Below are positions 49,501 to 58,500 of a DNA stretch of 60,007 bases, in pieces. The translations under genes and the position numbers were made by a program. A model generated the notes under the pieces. The model had not been told where the DNA came from, made no database searches, and saw nothing but the letters and a program-made list of their open reading frames with translations. Within the stretch, counting starts at the first letter, position 1; each line of letters starts with the position of its first letter. The stretch is from Aplysia californica (lineage: Eukaryota): assembly GCF_000002075.1 (NCBI RefSeq), contig NW_004797707.1, forward strand, positions 424,928-484,934, given 5' to 3'.

Positions 49501-52500
49501 CTCTTCACAAAAGCGCACTCTTTGCGAACAGAGTTACCCTACTTGAGTTTTAAAAAATCAAAGTGAAACTAACAAGTTTTGGGATAAATTTCGGAAGAAC
49601 GCTTTTTTAAAATGGTTACGCTGACAAAAAACCTCTTCCGGAGGAAAGGGTGATGGTTTTTCTTCGTTTAATTTGACTTTAGAATGAAAGGCGAGAGGTC
49701 ATTAAAATTTTAAAAACCTAAAACTCCGCACTGAACGTACCCGAACTGCTGATGAACAGCAGTCGATCTGCGCACGCAAGGAGGTGCTATTCCTATTCTT
49801 CTTCTGGAAAAACGAAAGAGAGCTTCAAAACAGACTGCAGCGCCATCTGAAGCAAAGAGCATACTTCCTGCGGACACTTTTTTGGCTGAGTGGCCCATCT
49901 TGTTATTTACTATCTTTGTTTAATCCTAGTGGTCCAGTTCCTCAGTGCATGAGTGCTTTAAGTGTCAGGTACTAGCCGTCATCAAAGTCTTGAATGTTTG
50001 ATCGTTAGCTCTGTAGATGTTTCAGTGTTTGTCACGTGCCAAGTTGTGGCGCGTTGTGGTTGTCAAGGTAGAGCGTCACTCGTCATGGGCGCCAACAAAC
50101 TACCTTCCAGTCCACATGGCAATACCTGTCCATGTGTCATTGTCCTCCTTCATGTCGTAGCTGTCCATGTGTCAAAATTTTTCTTTCATGTCGTAGCTGC
50201 TCTACAACTCAATGTTTACTCGTTCTTTCATTGTTTCTTTTTTTTTTTTTTTTTTTTCTCTATAACATAGAGCTTCTTCACTCTTTCATTAAACAACGTA
50301 GTGACAAGGAATTTATCTCTAACTACTTTGTCAATTACTTATTTTTGCTGCACAACAAATTAGCCAGCTGCTATACTCATTTTGAACACTATTGCATAAC
50401 CTTCATTATTTAGAGAAAAACCCCATAGTAATGATTTCCCCTCCACTTCAGTTGAGATGAGGGTTGACTTTCTTTAAACCAGTTTAACTGAGGCTGTTTT
50501 CAGCACGGATGTGTTCAATTTTTTAATATTGAGAGAGAAATGTAAGAGTTCAAGTAAATTAATTTCAAGTTTTCATTCACTTGTGCTTCTGATTTTAAAC
50601 CGTAAGCTGAATTGTTCCATGTTTTTTAAAGCAATTATTTAAGTAATTGTTATTAGGTTACTAATTTTTCTTTAAAAAATCTCTTTGTGAATTTTGTGGC
50701 CAAGTTTGATATCGTATTAATTGTAATGTTGACAACGCTGACCTTTTCGTATGCACCACTTGCAGTGGACAAAAAAGGACGCAGGCTTTCTCAGATTGAG
50801 GTCATGAAGATGAGTCTGAAGAAGGTGGAGAAAGCAGAAGGCAGCGATTCTGAGGATGAGAAGGTAATATTTGAGGCTTATGTCGTTTGTTTTTTAACCA
50901 TCAATTTTTCTTTACTTTTCCATATGAATTTCATTACCTCTCTAATGCCTGAAGAAATCTACATATTGCTTTGGGTTTTTTTCATGTCTATTCCAGGTGT
51001 AAATCTACAGTATTTTTGTTACCTTCACCATTCATGCCTTTTGAATTTCTGAAATTTATAATATTTTCTTATGAATGTTCCAATAATTCTTATGATTGTT
51101 TCAATATTTTTTATGACTGTTCCAATATTTCTTTGACATGCAAGTTTTTACTGTTTTGCCAATGCCCATTTGCCTCTCCCCATGGTCACTCATTCATGAT
51201 TGTAACATTTTGTATGACTTTTTCCCATAATGCAATAACTGTTCTATTCCACTAATGGAATTTCTACCAGCCAATGCTTAATTAGTTCATAAACACCCTT
51301 AAAGTTTTTTCTCTCAAAATCGTCTGAAAATGTCAAGAATTGTATTAAGACAATTTGATATGAGTCATGCTTTTCTCCCTGTAATTTCTGGAATTCTGGA
51401 ACCTTTCGATGATGCTATCCCTTGTTTAACCATTCATGTTAATCTTTTTGTTTGAGATGTTAACATTTCCCCCTTAATTACACCCCAGTAAATTGTAGAA
51501 ATGGTGTTGGAGGAACTTTGCTGTCAGCCCTGCACATGACAGTAACTAGTTCTTGTGGGTGTGTTCACTCCTCTCTGTTTACACTTCACCAGCGCACTGG
51601 TAAAAGCACGGAGGGCTACAGGAGAGGCTCGCGTGCCGAGCATGAACGCGACCAGAAAGAGATGGTTTATAACAGAGAAGAAGAAAAGGTCCCTTATGAA
51701 ATGCTCGTAACTCCCGGCTCATAGCTTTATACTCCTAGATGTAGACGGTTTCAGTTCTTTTACCATTTCTTTATTGGTGGATAGCTAAGAAGGAACCAGG
51801 ACTTTGTACAAACAGAGGGTCTGGAACATTCTGTAACATCTATGAAAAGACATTTGGGCTTTGTTTGAGTTGGCTCCAGACAGAGATGACTTCTCGAAAG
51901 TTGTTGGAAATGATAGGCCTACTTTTGTAACAATACTGGGGGTAAAGATTAGGAGTAGGTCCCTGGCATCTCACTTTTCAAACCTTTAGCATAATAAATA
52001 TTGCTCAGAAAGGACAATGGGTCGGAGGGTTTTCACATTTCAATGCTGTTTTCTTCTAGCTTATCCACCAAATGCTCTGGATTTTTTTACACTTTATTTA
52101 TTTTTTATTTTTTTAGACCCCAAAAAAATGATGTATGGGTTGCTGTATACAATATCTTTGCAAGATTGAAACCTGCTTTTTTTGTTTCTCTGAATTTTAG
52201 TTGCCTTGATGATTTTGTGTAAACCTTCACCCTCATTTTGTCGATGGCCTCTCATATCTTTGGCCGATTTACTCTTGAAAATAGTCTGCTGTGAGATGGA
52301 ATAAAGCAGATTGTTTTCTGGAAGTTTTGACAAATTGAGGGTGAAGATTGCATGTGTTATCAGACTGTTCTCTCTGTCTCCTATGTCTGTTGCTATCATA
52401 TATTCTATGTTACATACCAGTACTTCTAGGATCTGCAATCCAGTTATTTTTATGAGACAACAAGTGGAAAGATCAGCAGTTAAATACTTATGTAGAATCT

Positions 52501-55500
52501 CTTTGAATCTTATGAAGATGTCAAACATAATTAAGTAACAAAGCATCAGACAGCTAACTTACGTTGGATTTTCCTGAAATAGATGTTCTGCTGATTTGGT
52601 CAGAATAAAAACNNNNNNNNNNNNNNNNNNNNNNNNNNNNNNNNNNNNNNNNNNNNNNNNNNNNNNNNNNNNNNNNNNNNNNNNNNNNNNNNNNNNNNNN
52701 NNNNNNNNNNNNNNNNNNNNNNNNNNNNNNNNNNNNNNNNNNNNNNNNNNNNNNNNNNNNNNNNNGAGAGAGAGTGAAAGAGAGAGAATATAATTGCTTC
52801 AAAAGACTATAGAATTTATAAATGAAATATCTTTGGTTTCAGTGGTGTACCGTAATGCAGTTTCTGTTGGCAAAGACAATAAAACAAATCTATTTGTACA
52901 TAATATTTTTGGGTATGCTAAAGCAACGGGTGATACGAGGGTAGCATAATAAGGGGATAGTTGTAAAGTGACAGGAAAAGCTAAAAGAGCAGTTGAGCCT
53001 GCTTGTAAGACAATTCTTGACTTCTTTTCCCTGCGCTCATCTCTCATAACTTCTTGTCCTGCGTGTGTGGGAGAGTTCGAGTTTTGTAGCTGGAGTGAGC
53101 AAAACAATATCAGGCTAGCTACTTGTCTGCTAGCCCTGTTTTTTTTTGTTCTCTCTCTGTGTTCATTAGCTGCTCGTGGCTTCCTCTCTCTGACGCAGGC
53201 TCATGCTGAGTAGATTGAAAGCACCGCATGATACTTGCTGCACTGTGCACACTGTGCGACCTGTCGGAAGTTGGAGAATAATTGGTCGCTTTTAAGTGGG
53301 CTGACCCAGATTTCGGGGGTTTCCAGAAATCTTGACCTAAACCGAAAGTGGGCATTGCTCCACCTATAGGAGGAGTTTGGTTTCATTGATGATTATATTT
53401 GTTTGGTTGTAGAGAAAACTCTCCTTGTCCTTTAAAAAAAATGAACAAGGGGCAAAAACGCTATCTTCGATTTTCTCAAAACAGCATTTTTTAGGAAAGC
53501 CCCCTTGTGCTTAAATGCGACCAATGACTGGGGTTTTTTTTTCCTATTCATGAGGTTGTTTTGTAATGTGATAGAGTGGGTTGTTTTTTTAAATTTGTTT
53601 TGGGTTTTTTAGAGTTTTTTTTGTGGGGGCAGGGGTAAAAAATGTTAACAATAGATTGAGGATCTTTGGATATTACTGTGATGTTTTTGTGGAGAAGGTA
53701 ACAGATGTAGCTTGCATGATACTGACATCAGATGTCAAACTTTTTCCATCTCCGACAGAGTCGCATCGTGTGTACACCGATGACATCGTCATTGTTCTCG
53801 TTTTGAGTCCCAAGCAGCCATTGTGAAGTTTTTGTTCCGTATGTGTGGGAGGGTGTGTCCACGGCACCCATGTTTCCGTCTCTTCGAGATGTCAATGGAC
53901 AGACTCTATTTTTGTGTTGCGTTGCGCAACATATGTGCGTAGATTTGAAAACTGGACCTCTGTGTCTGTCTCCTGGACAGGCCAGATTCTCGTGTTGTGC
54001 AGCGTATGTGCGTATGTGCGTATGTGCATAGGTGTGTACACAGGAAATCTGTGTCTGTCTCCTGCAAAATATGTTCATGGACAGACCAGATTCGTGTGTT
54101 GTGCAGCGTATGAGCATATATGCGTAGGTGTGTACACTGGAAATTTGTGTCTGTCTCCTGCAAAATATGTTCATGGACAGACAAGATTCTTGTGTCCTGC
54201 AGCATATTATGTGCATATGTACGTCTCTGTCTGTCTCCTTTCAAAATATGTTCATGGACAGACCAGATTCTTGTGTCGTGCAGCGTATGAGCATATGTGC
54301 GTATATGCGTAGGTGTGTACACTGGAAATCTGTGTCTGTCTCCCGCAAAATATTATGTTCTTAGACAGATTTGTGTGTCGTGCAGCGTATGTCTGTCGTT
54401 GGTGTGTCCACTGCACACATATGTGTCTGTCTCCTCCAGATGTCGATGTCCTGACCAGAGTCTGGTGTCGTGCTACGTGGAAGTGAGGGCTGCTGTGTTC
54501 ACAATTGATTTGTTGATCAATTTGTTTCTGTTTCAGGGTGAAAACCGATGTGTGTCCTTTTGTTCGGAGCGGGCGCCTCTGGCGTGTCAGAGAGCCGGCC
54601 TGAGTGTTTTCATGTTCATTTATTTCTTTATTCATGTTAATTTTTCTTTTTACATTTTTTTATGTTGATTATGTCTGTACCCACTGAATATATTATCATT
54701 ATTCTAAAATATTTATATGGATGATTTTGAATAATACTAATTCTGAAGAACCTGAGGGAAATTATACCTGGACATTTGGAAAGTGTTTGATCAACTTGAC
54801 TACTTACTAAATGGAGAAAATTCCATTTTTGATTATGTCAAAAGGAGGAAGAATAACGATCTAAGAGTAACATTTGCTGAAATTTATTCTCCTACTTATT
54901 TGGTGTCTATAGTTTTACTTGTCAAGTGAAAACATTTCTACTGAATTTCTTCTTTTTTTAATAGTTGTATTGAATCACACGCTTTAGAAAAGTACTTCAT
55001 AAAAATTGGTTAAAGTAAATTTTAAACGTTTCCTGTGGTTCTAGTTCTCACTTTACTATAAGTCGTTTCTTTCTTAAGATATGTATAATTTCTCATGTTG
55101 TGGTTTTAGGAGTTCAAGTTAAGATGCTGATACTTTACCTCACTTAGTCCTGTCTCGTATACTTTGATCATTTCCTGAATTTCTCACATTTCCTTACCTG
55201 TCATGATCGCTGACAAGTTGATCTCATGACCCAGTTTATACTCCCGCCATTTACAATGCAGTGTTTATCTCTCATGCTTATGTCTCCCTATGTCTCATGT
55301 TCAGTGTTTTGTGTCCAACCACTGCGTATTCTCTCCGAGTTGTCCCCCATGAACATGCTAGAACTGTAGACTGAGGCCTAGTTCTCCCATCTATTCCACC
55401 CTGTGCCCACATCTAGCAAAAGGGTAGTGGCAGTCGCCGGCAATCTGTAGAAATTGAAACCCCAGTGAAGAAACCGTCGGCCGACAAACTGGAGGCGCTG

Positions 55501-58500
55501 GAGCAGCAGAGAAGGTCGTCCATGCAGCAACGTCGCGCCTCCCTGGCCGAGGTCATCCCTGATTGGCCCACGCTGCAGAAGAGAAAAGTGATCAAGGAGG
55601 TGAAGACGCGGCGGCAGACGTCCAAGTCAATGATCTTTTTTTCCACTCACTTACCTTACCTCCCTCTGGAACGTCAATCCTCTTACCGGGGGCTCGTTAT
55701 TTTCACAATCCACCATGTTTGACATGCTGAGAAGGTAACTAGACTCAAATCAAACTTTCTTATTTTAAAAAAACCTTGATGAGTCGTTCATGGAGGCTTC
55801 TCCTGCTTTGACTTGAAAAGACGGAAGCCTCTGTGAAGAATGAAAGAAGGATAATATAAAATAAGAAATGTTTGTTTTCCTCCAGTTACAAGTTACATTG
55901 TCATTGCATCAAACTAGGTTGGTTGTGAACTGGGCTCCAGTCTATTCCCTAACAGCTGATATGTAACCAGTAATCAAGACGCAGACTAAACCTGCCCTTG
56001 TTTTCTTGTTTCCCTTTATCTCAGAATGCTAACATTGTGCTGCGGAATAACAAAACATTGGCTTTTGTTAACCCTGTCCGTACATCGTGTTTTACTATCG
56101 TATCCATACGACGTGGGAAACTCTGTGCTACCACTTTCCCTTTACTTGTTAATCCGATCCGTGCGCTTTGCGTAGCAGTCTGTCAAAATGATGTTTTGTG
56201 AAATACTGAACATTTCAAAGAGATCTTCTTATTAGAAGTATTCTAAAATGTGAAGAATATAACCATAGGGGTACAAAATGACCCCAGGGCGTACGGATAG
56301 GGTTAACACAGTGATCTGTTGCTAGGAAAATAGTCTTGAAGATTCTCAATTTATTTTGTCAAGTTTAAGCACTTGGAATTGGAAGAGTTCTACTCTTTAC
56401 GAAAAGTCTCAGAGTTTCGTTGTGTAAAACTGTATCAATCTTTTTTGACGTTTAATTTCTGTATATTGATTCTCAAGTGTTTACATTTACTCTTCTGTTT
56501 TTTTTGGGTTTTTTTGGTAAGTGTTTTATGGTGCTCGCAACTGCATAAGGTTAAATGGGCATGCGGGACTCCTTAAACTTTTTCACTTGGTAGGAAATTT
56601 TGAATTTTGCTCGGGTGGCGGCCGAAGCCTACTCTTAACGATTTTAAACAACCAAGGGGTCTTTAACGTGTGCAGCTAGCACACGGGACCTCCGAGATTT
56701 TTCGCCCTTTTCCGAGAAGGCTAGGTGTAGATCTTTTCTACTTTGCATGTACTCCCAGTTTGGGTAGTAAGTTTCCTGTCTTCTGTCCCAAAAGACAATG
56801 TTACAAAAACCTTCAAGTTCCTTGTACTATTTATTGTCTTTATAAAGAACTCTCGAGAACTGGGCCAATACTAAGACTACAGGGGGAAAATGACGGTAGT
56901 CACAAACTGAAAATCGGGAGTGTACCAATTTTGAACGCCTGTTGACTCATAACTGTATTTCTGTTCAACTGTTGGTTGATTATTGTTGTAAGATTTCCCA
57001 TTCAACAACACTTAACAATAAACCACCCGTCAGACAAATATGAAGTTATGAGTCCAAAAGCTTTTAAAATTGGCACCCTCACAATTTCCAGTTTGTGACT
57101 ACTGTTGTTTTTCCCCTGTAGTCTTCACTGACTTCTGTATACTGTACCCTGGGTACAAATCTCGCCAAGGTTTTGAAATCTTAGAATTTTAATGAATTAG
57201 GGGATAACAATTAAAGCCTGAGTCAAAGATACAGTTTTTTACTGCAGACTTGTTCCTTTGATGGTTAACATTCCTCCCTCCTGCATCTTTGGGGTACCCT
57301 CATTCTCTGTTCGTCTACGTGTTTCAAAGTGATTCTGTCTCCTTTGTATGTTGGACGAAGCAAGGGCAGGTTTACTCTATATGTCTTTGTTGTTGTCAAG
57401 CCAAAACGCATTCCTTCCATAACATTCAACCTAAATAATCATATTATTATATCCAATGTACCCTTTGTTTGGAATGTTGCTAATGTATTTATTTACAATT
57501 TGTGAGGCTTGGTCAAATGGTTGTTTTTGGTTTTTTTTCTTAACTATGTCCTAAGTGTGCCATCAAGATCCAGCATGGTTTGCCTGGTCAGACAATATAT
57601 ATGAAAAATATATATATTCAATGATAACTCTTCTTTGTGTTAACATTTATGTAATGGCTCTCAGGAAATCCTCATAACACAGATTGAGGCATCGACATCT
57701 GTGGTGAAGAATGTAGCCACTGATGCCTTTATCTGTCCCCGTGGTTTTATGCACCCCGCATAATTTAGCAAAATTTGATCATTTTTTGCATAATTCTGAT
57801 TATTTTCCTTTTTCATTCTTTGCTAAAAAATAACAGAATCGCGTAATTTCATTCTTTTTGGGCTCAGTTTGCATAATTTCAGAATTTTTTTTGCTTAAAA
57901 CCGCGGTGACGGCTTTTTTCAAATGAGATACTGCTGCTCAAGGATTTATGAAGAACAATAAAAGAACATGAAAATATTCTTATTATAGCCCCATGATTTT
58001 GGCAAGTGGGCCATTAACACATTTTATGTGTCAAAGGTTGAAACAGATATTGGGGGGGGGGGGGGGGGGGTGGGAGGAGTGTTGTCTGTCTTTTATAAAG
58101 ATACACAACCTCTGCAGTTACTCAAAGTATATAGCAGCTCTTCAGATGGAATCTACCAGAGGGACATTGTGAAAGCAGAAGAAACAAAAATTAATTGTTC
58201 TGTCCCAAAAGTTGATAAATTCACTCCGTGCAAAACGTAAGCATTAATCCTTGAGGTGTTGAATTCTTTACCTCTTTTGTATCACCACTCTTATCAGAAA
58301 ATGTGCAGGCAATGTATGTGGTGACTTTCTACAATGTTGTAGTTCTTGTTGCTAAAAACAAATCTGAGATAAGATAAGATAATACTTTATTATCCCAGAG
58401 GGAAATTTTCCTTGGCTGTACAGGACCGTAAAACGTATGCAGGTATACATAAAATATTTAAATTATATATATTACTCTCATTAAAATTCAGTATGAAAGG

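Noticed and set aside
54743-54765. CTGAAGA...GAAA hammerhead-like string
   Set aside because: No convincing stems I-III.
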